From the NCBI GenBank assembly GCA_029262335.1, contig JAJCZQ010000026.1, positions 24,443-88,442 on the forward strand: a stretch of 64,000 nt of DNA. The letters run 5' to 3'. The notes under the pieces were generated by a model. It was not told the DNA's origin. It saw nothing but the letters and a program-made list of their open reading frames with translations, and ran no database searches. Numbering within the stretch: position 1 is the stretch's first letter; each line of letters begins with the position of its first letter. Below, one piece after another: positions 50,415 through 59,930 of this stretch. This DNA is from Deltaproteobacteria bacterium (GTDB taxonomy: Bacteria > Desulfobacterota_D > UBA1144 > Nemesobacterales > JAJCZQ01). Made by a program: the position numbers and the translations under genes.

Positions 50415-50468
50415 TAAACACTAGTGCAATATTAATTATATTAAGTGCATTAACTTTATTTATTTATA

Positions 50469-51623
50469 TTAACAAGCTTCCATAAGGCTCTTTAAAGCCG
50501 GTGCATATTTAGATTTTCTAAGCCTTGTAAGGGCTTTCTTTTCGATCTGCCTTATTCTCTCACGGGTAAGCTGAAACTTTTTACCAATTTCATCAAGAGT
50601 AAAACAGTCATCGTATCCAATACCAAACCTCATCTGAATTACTTCCCTCTCCCTGCTCTCAAGCTTATGAAGGGCCTGGAGTAAATTATCAGGAAGTGAA
50701 AAACCCGCGATGATATCATCAGCTGAATTTTTATTATCAGCTATATAATCAAGGTAGGTAGTGTTTTCACCGTCCCATACAGGGGAATCAAGTGTAAGTG
50801 TTTTCTTTTCTGCTTCGAGTATCCTGCTGACACTCTTTGCGGAAATATTACCCAGCTTTGCAATATCTGCAGCATCGGGTTCAACACCTGTCTGTTCGTA
50901 GAGTTTTGTCCTGGCTTCCCTGACCTTACCGGCCTGCTCAAGGATATAGGCAGGGACCTTTACAGTCCTTGTCTGATTAAAAATTCCCCTTGTCATAGCC
51001 TGGTTGATCCACCAGCATGCATATGTGGAAAATCTGAACCCCTTGGTGTGGTCAAATTTTTCCACGGCTTTAATAAGACCAATGTTTCCTTCCTGGATCA
51101 GATCCATAAAAGGAACCCCACGGCCAAGATACCTTTTGGCCATGCTTGCAACTAATCTCAGGTTTGATTTAACAAACCTGTTTCTTATGGCCTGCTCCTT
51201 GTTGTAGTAGACCTCTAAGAGTTTTGTATAGTAAACCAGTTTCTTATGTTTGTTTTTTGGTAGGACTAAATTATTACTATCTAATATATTATTAAGTGTT
51301 TTTATTAATATTGCATTGTTATGCCTTATACGTTTCTTTAAAATTATCTCTATAATTTCTTTAATATTCGCTATTTTCTTCTCGCAGTTACAAATCCCCG
51401 CGGAAACGGATAGCTCCTCTTTAGGTGTTAACAATGTCTCATGAGCTACTTCCTTGAAGTAGTCATTGATAAGTCTTAAATCAGGATTTTCAAAACCTTT
51501 ATTATCCTTTTTTTCGCTTTTACTGCTTGTGTTACCTCCTTTTGGTGTAGTTTTTACTTCACTATGATTGTCATCCTTTACGGATTCATCATAAAATTCC
51601 TCCATATCGAGATATTTAACCAT
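50469..51623 (-). CDS. sigma70-family factor (RpoD/RpoS-like, lacking region 1.1)
   Basis: Region 1.2, NLRLV, DLIQEG, FSTYA.WWI and TRERIRQIE motifs. Confidence 0.93.
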   Translation of the reverse strand: MVKYLDMEEFYDESVKDDNHSEVKTTPKGGNTSSKSEKKDNKGFENPDLRLINDYFKEVAHETLLTPKEELSVSAGICNCEKKIANIKEIIEIILKKRIRHNNAILIKTLNNILDSNNLVLPKNKHKKLVYYTKLLEVYYNKEQAIRNRFVKSNLRLVASMAKRYLGRGVPFMDLIQEGNIGLIKAVEKFDHTKGFRFSTYACWWINQAMTRGIFNQTRTVKVPAYILEQAGKVREARTKLYEQTGVEPDAADIAKLGNISAKSVSRILEAEKKTLTLDSPVWDGENTTYLDYIADNKNSADDIIAGFSLPDNLLQALHKLESREREVIQMRFGIGYDDCFTLDEIGKKFQLTRERIRQIEKKALTRLRKSKYAPALKSLMEAC

Positions 51624-51768
51624 GTAGTACTCCTTATAAAAAATAAATTAAACATAAACATAAGAAAAATATAATATTAAGTAATGCACTTAATTTATTA
51701 AACTAATAGAAAAAAAGAATGTTTCAAGCATTTTTTTCTATTTTGTTAAAATTTATAATTATTTTTGT

Positions 51769-52515
51769 TTACTGAATAAACTCTTTTTCCGCCTCACCCA
51801 GGCAGTTTTGCCTTATTTCTTCCCATTTCTGGCCAAATATTCTTATTTTTTTTTCTGCTTCAGAAAATTCTTTTTGTTCTACAAAATTAATAAAATCCCT
51901 GATCTCAACTACACTTTTTTCATTACTAAGAGTAAGAAGGTGTATATAAGTACATATGTCCCCGTAGTTGAGAATGATAAAACCCCCGTTTTTAAATGAA
52001 TCCATCCAGACACTGAGATTGTCCACACCTTCTCTCAGGTAGTTCAGGTAGCCTGAAATCTCTGCGGCACTGTTTTCACCAATAGATCCTGAAATAATTT
52101 TATTAGTATTAATTGCCCTCTGGACACAGTCCTCAAGTACAGCATCGTAACTTATGGTATTAAATCCCCAGTGCGTATAGAAGTTTTTTCTCTCGGATTC
52201 GTCAAAAAGAACGAACCACTCAGGGGGTATGGAATTTTCAAAGGAAAAAACATTGGTTGAATCTTTAAGGGGGGCTACAAAATAGTCTTCGCCTTTTTTA
52301 AGAAAAAAGCAGTCCTGGATATTTTCGTCATCCATCCCCAGGTGTTCTGAAAGGGCAGTACGGTAGTTTTCATACTCATTACCAAACCATACTCCAAATG
52401 GAGAAGTTGGTCCTCCCCAGTACTTCTCATAGAAAGCTGAATATTCCTTCCAGTATTCCCCGTTCTCACCAAAAGAAATCAAAGGCTCGTATACTACTAA
52501 AGTACTTGTAGCCAT
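51769..52515 (-). CDS. Hypothetical protein
   Basis: 248-aa ORF with coding-like composition. Confidence 0.75.
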   Translation of the reverse strand: MATSTLVVYEPLISFGENGEYWKEYSAFYEKYWGGPTSPFGVWFGNEYENYRTALSEHLGMDDENIQDCFFLKKGEDYFVAPLKDSTNVFSFENSIPPEWFVLFDESERKNFYTHWGFNTISYDAVLEDCVQRAINTNKIISGSIGENSAAEISGYLNYLREGVDNLSVWMDSFKNGGFIILNYGDICTYIHLLTLSNEKSVVEIRDFINFVEQKEFSEAEKKIRIFGQKWEEIRQNCLGEAEKEFIQ

Positions 52516-52596
52516 ACTCTAATTATTAAAGCAAATTGACAAAGAAATCAATCAATAAATTGAAATATTTTTTTAAGAAGCGTAATATTTCCTTAT

Positions 52597-53304
52597 ATGG
52601 AAGACCTCACATTAGAAGAATTAATTCAGGAAGCAAAAAAAAGGGAGATCCACCTCGGTGAAGATCCTGTAAAAACTGTAAAGACCTGCACAAAACTTGG
52701 GCTCATACCAAAACCCAAGCGAAGGAAAGCCAAGTCAGGCAAAAAAGCGACTGCCCTTTATTATCCGCCCAGGACTCTTGATAAGCTCGCATACGTAAAA
52801 GCTCTGAAATCCGAAGGGCACAGCCTGAGTGAAATAAGAGACAGCTTTGCCCTAATGTATGTACAGAATGCACTACAGGACCTTCTTGCAGATGCAGAGG
52901 ACGACAAAATCAAACAACTTGCCGAGATATTATCTGGAAGTGAAAAAGAACTCGAATCAATAGTAGAAGCCCCACTCGTGTACCTGATTGAGGGCATGTC
53001 GAACAAAGAAGCAAAGAAACTGCTTACACTTTTTTGCGGCGTTGGATTCTACGCAATGCTCGATGCACAAAAAGAACTTGAAAAATTTAATTTCAACGAA
53101 GCACGCAAGGAACTGTTCAAAGCAATATTTTATAACTCAATAGCGGTACTCAGGCTGGCAAGGACAAGCGGTGACAAGGAACTCGAGAAAACAGCCCTCG
53201 AAGTATATGAGAACGCAGTACTTAAACCCCTAAACAAGGCAAGTGCCATAGTCAGGAAACAGTTTATAAGTACTCTTGAAAGTTACGTGGAAGAGAAGAA
53301 ATAG
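52597..53304 (+). CDS. MerR-like HTH protein
   Basis: LGLIPKP.R...LYY...L...G.SL.EI winged-helix pattern. Confidence 0.65.
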   Translation: MEDLTLEELIQEAKKREIHLGEDPVKTVKTCTKLGLIPKPKRRKAKSGKKATALYYPPRTLDKLAYVKALKSEGHSLSEIRDSFALMYVQNALQDLLADAEDDKIKQLAEILSGSEKELESIVEAPLVYLIEGMSNKEAKKLLTLFCGVGFYAMLDAQKELEKFNFNEARKELFKAIFYNSIAVLRLARTSGDKELEKTALEVYENAVLKPLNKASAIVRKQFISTLESYVEEKK

Positions 53305-53306
53305 GG

Positions 53307-53552
53307 CTAAAGCCTGCTTACAATATATTGCGTTACGGAATTGATGTCCTGTAAAATATCCGGGGTAATTTCCGATTCATCAATCTCAACTTTGAACTCC
53401 TTCTCAAGAGCCACTACAAATTCGAGGCTGGATACAGAATCCACACCAAGTCCAAAATCAATCAGGTAGGTCGTATCACCAACTTCCCCTGTTATTTCAA
53501 ACTTGTCATTTATTAAAATTCTTATTCTCTTCTTTATATCTTCTTCATTCAT
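53307..53552 (-). CDS. Acyl carrier protein
   Basis: GVDS phosphopantetheine site and LE.EF. Confidence 0.9.
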   Translation of the reverse strand: MNEEDIKKRIRILINDKFEITGEVGDTTYLIDFGLGVDSVSSLEFVVALEKEFKVEIDESEITPDILQDINSVTQYIVSRL

Positions 53553-53556
53553 AACA

Positions 53557-55020
53557 TCAGTTTAATTTATCACGGAGAATTTTACCTGTGGGGCTTTTTG
53601 GTATTTCATCGACAAACTTTATGGAAGTCGGGATTTTTATATCTGAAATTTTATCCCTGCAGAATTTTACAATATCAGAAGCATTCAAATTTTTGTCTGA
53701 GACAATGAAAGCTGCCACATATTCTGCCCCGCTGCTGTCTTTTCTCCCCACTACAGCAACTTCCATGACATCCTCATTTAACAAAATTATATTTTCAACT
53801 TCTCCCGGGTCCACCTTCTGACCGCTAATATTAATAAACAGTTTTTTTCTGCCTGTAATATAAATATATCCTTTCTCATCAATTCTGCCGATGTCCCCGG
53901 TGTAATAATATCCCTTCCTAAATGCCAATACGGATTCCTCAGGAAGGTTTTCGTACCTGTCTGTCATAGATGGGCTTTTCACAATTATTTCACCCTGCTG
54001 GCCCTGTTCGAGACTGTTGTTATCTTCGTCTACAATCCTTACCTCGACATTATTTACGGACTTTCCAACTGATTCAAGCCTGTGATGAATATCATCAGCA
54101 AGGTTAATGGAAATTACTCCTGTTTCAGAAGAGCCGTAAAGCTGCATTGGATATATGCCGAAATTATTATAAAAACCGGCCGAAATATTTTTATTAAGAG
54201 CAGCACCTGCAGAAATCACGTGCTTTAGAAAGCTAAAATCCCGGCCCTTTGCCGGACCGTATCCGGACAGGATATCAAGCATAAACGGTACTGCCGGAAA
54301 AATTGAAATCCTGTTTTCCAAAATACAGTCAACAACATTTCTCCTGTTAAAATCTTCGATCATATAAACCGCGGCACCAATCTTCAGGGCGCTTATAAGG
54401 TTGCCAAAAGCATATGTATGAGAGATGGGAATCACAAACAGGATCCTGTCACTGCTGTCCCATCCTACAGTAGAGGTATGGTTCTCAGCCAGTGCAAGCA
54501 GTTTTGCATGGCTCCTCGCAACACATTTTGGCACACCTGTTGACCCGGTCGAAAAAAGATAAATTGCTTTATCATCTTCCGTTATATCGCACGCTAATTC
54601 GTATGTACTTTCATCACTGTTATCAATTTTCCAGTCGGCATTCTCACCTTTTACTACAACAGTTTTAATATCCCGGGTTATTTGCCTTACAGGTTCAAGG
54701 AGGTCCCCGGAAGTTAGTACAAACCCGGCACCGGAGCTTGAAATGTACTGCTCCAGTTCAGATGTTTTATACTTTGCATTTACCGGGACACAGATTGCAC
54801 CGATATTTGCTATCGCAAAAAAACCTATAACAAATTCGGCAGAGTTTGGAAGGTAAAGGCAGACCCTGTCTCCCTTTTTTATTCCCTCATTCGAAAGATA
54901 ACAGGACAACGAATCAACCAGCCGGCAAAGTTCTGCATATGTAGCTTTATACTCCCCTTCTACAATTGCAGTCCGGTCCTCTTTACTCTTAAAATTTTCC
55001 CGAAGTATGCTGTTTATCAT
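53557..55020 (-). CDS. AMP-dependent acyl-CoA/acyl-ACP ligase
   Basis: STGSTG.PK, YGSSE, TGD, GRKK and TGKI motifs. Likely start is ATG 55020. Confidence 0.92.
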   Translation of the reverse strand: MINSILRENFKSKEDRTAIVEGEYKATYAELCRLVDSLSCYLSNEGIKKGDRVCLYLPNSAEFVIGFFAIANIGAICVPVNAKYKTSELEQYISSSGAGFVLTSGDLLEPVRQITRDIKTVVVKGENADWKIDNSDESTYELACDITEDDKAIYLFSTGSTGVPKCVARSHAKLLALAENHTSTVGWDSSDRILFVIPISHTYAFGNLISALKIGAAVYMIEDFNRRNVVDCILENRISIFPAVPFMLDILSGYGPAKGRDFSFLKHVISAGAALNKNISAGFYNNFGIYPMQLYGSSETGVISINLADDIHHRLESVGKSVNNVEVRIVDEDNNSLEQGQQGEIIVKSPSMTDRYENLPEESVLAFRKGYYYTGDIGRIDEKGYIYITGRKKLFINISGQKVDPGEVENIILLNEDVMEVAVVGRKDSSGAEYVAAFIVSDKNLNASDIVKFCRDKISDIKIPTSIKFVDEIPKSPTGKILRDKLN

Positions 55021-55021
55021 A

Positions 55022-56056
55022 TCAGGGATAAACGGGCACAGCACCCAGGCCCGTATCTTCTTTAATATCAAACATAATATTCATGTTCTGAACCGCCTGG
55101 CCTGATGCCCCTTTAACTGCATTGTCCAGAACCGACTCAATAACCAGAAAACCGTCCTGGATATCAAAACAGATATCACAGTAATTTGAATTTAATATAT
55201 TCTTAAGCTGAATTACTTCCTGTTTTTCACGAATTCTTACAAACTTTTCATCCCTGTAAAATTCTTCAAAATAATTAAGCAGTTCCTCATAAGATCTCTT
55301 TTCTTTCAGCTCATAATAAACCGTGGTCAGTATCCCTCTGTTTACAGGTACCCTGTGAGTTCTGAAAACAATATTTTCTTTAATTTTGTTGTTGCCGTGA
55401 AAAAATTCTTCAACTTCAATCTTCTGAATATGCATTTCAAACCCATCGCCTGTAATGTTCTGATTGGTTTCGGGAAAATGATATTCCAGCCGCGGCGCCC
55501 TACCTGCACCAGAAATTGGGGCCTTAACATCAGCAACAATACTGCCTGCTTTGATACCGTTTTTTAATAAAGGGGCCAAAGACAACAATACCGTAGTTGC
55601 AAAACAGCCGGGATTTGCAACAAGCCGGGCTGTCTTAATCTGGGCCCTGTTTAATTCGGGCATTCCATATACCGACTCCCCTGCCAGTCCGGGAGCAGGG
55701 TGTTCCCTGTTAAAATAGTTCTTAAACAGCTCAAGGTCCTTAAGCCTTAGATCAGAACTCAGGTCAATAATTTTAATACCCCTGTCATAAAGTTTTTTAA
55801 CAAAGTGAATTGAAGTAAGATTTGGGAGGCAGGAAAAAACAAGATCTACATCTTCCTGCTCATCAAGTTTTGAAACGGATACGCATTCTGTATCTATCCG
55901 GCCGGCAAAGCCGGGAAACACCTCGGAATACTTCATTCCCCTGAATTTTTCAGATGTAAGCCACCTGATATCAACTGAATTATGATTAAGAAGAAGGCTT
56001 ACGAGCTGGCATCCCGTGTACCCTGTTGAACCCAGTATCCCTATATTTATTGACAT
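55022..56056 (-). CDS. argC: N-acetyl-gamma-glutamyl-phosphate reductase (divergent)
   Basis: G.TGYTG, YG.PEL, NPGC, SGAG and DN..KGA.GQAVQN motifs. Confidence 0.85.
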   Translation of the reverse strand: MSINIGILGSTGYTGCQLVSLLLNHNSVDIRWLTSEKFRGMKYSEVFPGFAGRIDTECVSVSKLDEQEDVDLVFSCLPNLTSIHFVKKLYDRGIKIIDLSSDLRLKDLELFKNYFNREHPAPGLAGESVYGMPELNRAQIKTARLVANPGCFATTVLLSLAPLLKNGIKAGSIVADVKAPISGAGRAPRLEYHFPETNQNITGDGFEMHIQKIEVEEFFHGNNKIKENIVFRTHRVPVNRGILTTVYYELKEKRSYEELLNYFEEFYRDEKFVRIREKQEVIQLKNILNSNYCDICFDIQDGFLVIESVLDNAVKGASGQAVQNMNIMFDIKEDTGLGAVPVYP

Positions 56057-56109
56057 GAAATTTGCCTGTAATTACTATATATGTTTAATACTATAAGAAT
56101 CTCGAAATT

Positions 56110-56481
56110 ATGAAAAGAATACAAATCATATTTCTGCTGTTAATTACACTCACTGTGCTTTCGGTGTTATCCGGCCGTGAGGACTCCGGCTATTATTCGG
56201 AATACGATACTAGATTTACATGCAGCCTTCTAAAGTATGATTTTGAACTACTTGATATAACCCAGGAGCTGAAACCTGAAAACAGCCAGAAAGAACTTTC
56301 ACAATATACTTTCCAAAATGTTTTAAATACCAATGACCATCAAAAAACTCTTAAAAAAGTTGCCGGAATTAAGCATGGACTATTTCCCGTAAAACTTTTT
56401 TACTCTGATACACAAAACCAATTTACAGATTTAAACCAAAACGTATTATTTCCTTCCAGAGCACCACCCTGCTACTCCTGA
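56110..56481 (+). CDS. Exported leader protein ending in RAPP (candidate translation-arrest peptide)
   Basis: Signal-like N-terminus and C-terminal FPSRAPPCYS. Its stop lies in a hairpin covering the next SD. Confidence 0.75.
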   Translation: MKRIQIIFLLLITLTVLSVLSGREDSGYYSEYDTRFTCSLLKYDFELLDITQELKPENSQKELSQYTFQNVLNTNDHQKTLKKVAGIKHGLFPVKLFYSDTQNQFTDLNQNVLFPSRAPPCYS

Positions 56482-56508
56482 TTCTTTAATTTTCATTTAA
56501 ATTAGGAG
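56475..56508 (+). promoter_or_regulatory. SD-sequestering hairpin
   Basis: CTCCTGATT (56475-83) pairs with AATTAGGAG (56500-08), which contains the AGGAG SD of the 56517 gene. Confidence 0.65.
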
Positions 56509-56516
56509 GACAGAAC

Positions 56517-57545
56517 ATGTTTTTATTTAAAATAAGGACTACTTTCTTTTTTATAGCTTTATTAATAGCAGGCCCTTCATTTTCAAACGCTATGGAATAC
56601 AGTTTCCGGGCCGATGACCATGCACCCATTGGTGTAATGGGAGAACACACACACCAGAAAGGAGAGCTTATGCTCTCATACAGGTACATGTACATGCAGA
56701 TGAAAGGCATGAGGAATGGTACCAACGGCATAAGCAACCAGGAAGTGCTGGAGCAGTTTTTGGTAACACCGACTGATATGGACATGCAGATGCATATGTT
56801 CGGGGCCATGTACGCAGTGACCAACAGGCTCACACTAATGGGAATGATCCCTTACGTAAAAAAATCAATGAACCACCTTACAAGAAGCGGCGGAAGATTT
56901 AAAACCACTTCTGAAGGGCTGGGTGACATTAAGCTCTCCGGTCTATTTAAAGTCCTTAACTGGGGAAATAACAACAACGTTATCCTTAATTTCGGGCTTA
57001 GTTTCCCAACCGGCTCTATAGATAAAAAAGACGATACCCCTATGGGCCCTAATCAGCCGCTTCCCTATCCAATGCAGCTGGGCTCAGGTACATGGGACCT
57101 TCTTCCCGGTGTGACTTATAACGGCAGGCAGGGCAACATCGACTGGGGCGGCCAGGTACTGGGTGTTGTGAGGCTTGGTGAAAATGACCGTAATTACACA
57201 CTAGGCAACAGGCTCAATGTTACAACATGGACAGCTTATAATATAAACTACTGGCTGAGCGGATCATTCAGGCTTGACTGGGGGTTTTGGGGGAATATTG
57301 ATGGTGCAGACCCTGCACTTAACCCGGAGGTTGTTCCTACTGCTGACCCAGATCTTCAGGGCGGCAACCGCCTTGACGCATTGGTCGGGCTTAACTTTGT
57401 AAACCAGGTCGGCCCTAAATGGCTCCAGGGTCAAAGGCTGGCATTTGAATTTGGTGTTCCGGTATACCAGGACCTAAACGGCCCGCAGCTTGAAACTGAC
57501 TGGATTATACTTTTTGGATGGCAATACACTCTAATCGACAGATAA
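56517..57545 (+). CDS. His/Met-rich outer-membrane beta-barrel (metal-uptake-type transporter candidate)
   Basis: Signal peptide, DHAPIGVMGEHTH, M.M.MHM, G.GD and PY.MQLGSGT.D motifs, terminal aromatic strand. Confidence 0.8.
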   Translation: MFLFKIRTTFFFIALLIAGPSFSNAMEYSFRADDHAPIGVMGEHTHQKGELMLSYRYMYMQMKGMRNGTNGISNQEVLEQFLVTPTDMDMQMHMFGAMYAVTNRLTLMGMIPYVKKSMNHLTRSGGRFKTTSEGLGDIKLSGLFKVLNWGNNNNVILNFGLSFPTGSIDKKDDTPMGPNQPLPYPMQLGSGTWDLLPGVTYNGRQGNIDWGGQVLGVVRLGENDRNYTLGNRLNVTTWTAYNINYWLSGSFRLDWGFWGNIDGADPALNPEVVPTADPDLQGGNRLDALVGLNFVNQVGPKWLQGQRLAFEFGVPVYQDLNGPQLETDWIILFGWQYTLIDR

Positions 57546-57585
57546 ATAATGATACTGCAATAGAGGGAGGAAACTCCCTTTGTTG

Positions 57586-58911
57586 TTAGTTTTCGTTACC
57601 GTTCTTTTCTACTACTGCTACTGAAATTACTTTGGTCAACCATTTTTTGATCTTATCCTGGGAACCGCTGCCAACGATTTTCCTTACCTGGGAAAGTGGA
57701 ATTACGGCTTTACCAGCTGACCTGTGGCCTCCGGCGCTGCCAATTTCATTGAATAACTCTCGCATAAGCCTTCCGGCACTTTTAACATAACCTACATTTC
57801 TTATTGAGATTACAAGATGGGTTTTACTCAGTATTCCAAAAGCAACAGACCACTCTATGCCTTTTACCTGGATGCCAAAATCGGCCATTTTTGGTATCAG
57901 ATATTCTCTTTTTACCCTTCCTACATTTACAAAGAAAATATTTTTTTCAATCCAGTGGTCAGCAAGGGCCTGCCCGAAACATTTTATCTCGGTTGATGGG
58001 ATTTCAGCCCTTTCAATTCTTCTGAGAAGTCCAAGGTTTGCATTAGGATAAAGGAAAGTAAAAGCTTCAATATCGTCCGCATTTGCGTCCCTGTTAAGAA
58101 CTACCGTGTCAGTCCTGATACCATAAAGAAGTGCAGTTGAAAGCCTTTCGGATATCTCCACCTGCGCCGACCTCAGGTAGCTGGTCATTATTGTGGAAGT
58201 TGCACCTTCTTCCGAACTTATATCCTGAAAATCTGCTTCGTATTTGCTAACCTGCGGATGGTGGTCAATCACCGAGTCAACTCTTTCTATCAGGTCACCA
58301 AAATACGGCGGCTGCACATCCACCATTGATATTGAATCATATTCTTTTAAATCTTCGGGAACGAGTTCATGCAGGTCGATATCCAGTATCTCTATCATCG
58401 CCACATTTTCGGGCCTCGAGATTTTCTCGCCAAGGTGGCCTATTACAGCTGTCTGTTTGTTTCTTTTTAATAAAGTCCTTAATGCCAGTGCACTGGCAAT
58501 TGAATCGGGGTCAGGATGGTCATGGAGAAGAATAAGAAGCTTCTTTGACTTTTCATGAGTCTTACGTAGTTCTTCAACCTTTAGCTCCGTGCGTGCAAGC
58601 TTCTCTTCTTTCATTATTTGTGTATCTATGATTTCTTCGAATTTGACAAACCTTACGTATGGCGGCGGGTCAGTGTGTTTATCGCCGTTTGATACAAGTA
58701 TTGGGGTTTGCGGATAGTGTGTTCTCAAATTACTTGAGAGTTTTGTTTTGAAAATGTTTGAATCAACAATAATGAGTGTAAAATTTCCGGTCTGGTTAAG
58801 TGCTTCATCGAGTGAGCTTACCCAAATCACTTCGCCCCTCTTTGAGAAGAAGCCAAGCAGAATTGAATCAAATTCACCAAGGAACAGATATCTTTTTAGA
58901 TTAGCTTCCAT
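57586..58911 (-). CDS. DHH/DHHA1 phosphoesterase with N-terminal receiver-like extension
   Basis: H..PDPD, D, IDHH, TDT and GGH motifs. Confidence 0.88.
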   Translation of the reverse strand: MEANLKRYLFLGEFDSILLGFFSKRGEVIWVSSLDEALNQTGNFTLIIVDSNIFKTKLSSNLRTHYPQTPILVSNGDKHTDPPPYVRFVKFEEIIDTQIMKEEKLARTELKVEELRKTHEKSKKLLILLHDHPDPDSIASALALRTLLKRNKQTAVIGHLGEKISRPENVAMIEILDIDLHELVPEDLKEYDSISMVDVQPPYFGDLIERVDSVIDHHPQVSKYEADFQDISSEEGATSTIMTSYLRSAQVEISERLSTALLYGIRTDTVVLNRDANADDIEAFTFLYPNANLGLLRRIERAEIPSTEIKCFGQALADHWIEKNIFFVNVGRVKREYLIPKMADFGIQVKGIEWSVAFGILSKTHLVISIRNVGYVKSAGRLMRELFNEIGSAGGHRSAGKAVIPLSQVRKIVGSGSQDKIKKWLTKVISVAVVEKNGNEN

Positions 58912-58915
58912 AAAA

Positions 58916-59719
58916 TTAACTTTTTACACATGAACTGCTTAATGAATTTGTAAATTCCCCGATCTCTTTGAGTAGTATATCCCTTTTATTACCGTTTTTT
59001 TCTATAATTCTTACAAATGCACTTCCCACAATTACCGCATCGGCGTAATTTGAAATGTCTTTTGCCTGTTCGGGTGTGGAAACACCAAAGCCAATCCCTA
59101 CAGGGAGGCCGGATTTTTCCTTTATATCTTTAGTTAGGGAAGACAGTGAATATTCCATACCAGGCCTCGATCCTGTTACACCTGTTATGGAAACAAGGTA
59201 GATAAATCCCCCGGCATTATCAGCCACAAGGTCTATCCTTTTTTCTGTGCTTGTAGGAGCAAGCAGGAAAATAAGATTTAAATCATTATTGTCGAGGTGT
59301 TTTTTAAATTCCCCGGACTCTTCCGGCGGAAGGTCAACTACGAGTATCCCGTCAACTCCTGCTTCTTTTGCATCCCTTGCAAACTTTTCAAGTCCGTATG
59401 TAAAAAACGGATTATAGTAACCAAACAAAATTATAGGAATTTCAGTATGTTCTCTTAACTCTTTGGAAAGGTTTATTACATCATGAATGGTAGTGCCGTT
59501 TGCAAGCGCCCTTTCGGATGCAAGCTGGATTGTAGGGCCGTCTGCCATAGGATCAGAAAAAGGTATACCCAGCTCAATAATATCAGCCCCGTTTTTCTCA
59601 AGTTCAAGGACAATATCCCTTGTAACATCAATCGAAGGGTCACCGGCTGTAAGATAACAGACAAGTGCACTTCGACCTCCATCCCCCGCAACGCTGAATT
59701 TTTCTTCTATTCTGTTCAT
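58916..59719 (-). CDS. trpA: Tryptophan synthase alpha
   Basis: ELGIPFSDP.ADGP.IQ and GVTG motifs. Confidence 0.98.
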   Translation of the reverse strand: MNRIEEKFSVAGDGGRSALVCYLTAGDPSIDVTRDIVLELEKNGADIIELGIPFSDPMADGPTIQLASERALANGTTIHDVINLSKELREHTEIPIILFGYYNPFFTYGLEKFARDAKEAGVDGILVVDLPPEESGEFKKHLDNNDLNLIFLLAPTSTEKRIDLVADNAGGFIYLVSITGVTGSRPGMEYSLSSLTKDIKEKSGLPVGIGFGVSTPEQAKDISNYADAVIVGSAFVRIIEKNGNKRDILLKEIGEFTNSLSSSCVKS

Positions 59720-59930
59720 ATATGTAATGGATTAATTTTTGGTATTTGTTATATAGGATTAATAGCCAAATGACTATATTGATAAACTCGTTAGTAAACT
59801 AGACCGGTCACTGTTCAAAATACCGCCCACCACCACTAAAACTTATGAAAAGCAAAATATACACCTTAAGATGACTTGTCAAGTCAGGTAATCACGCTAA
59901 ATGATGAGGATTATTATTTATTTTGGGACT

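Noticed and set aside
59815-59838. TGG TGG TGG upstream of trpA as a Trp attenuator leader
   Set aside because: An in-frame TAG directly precedes the Trp codons, there is no start codon, and no terminator/antiterminator pair is evident.
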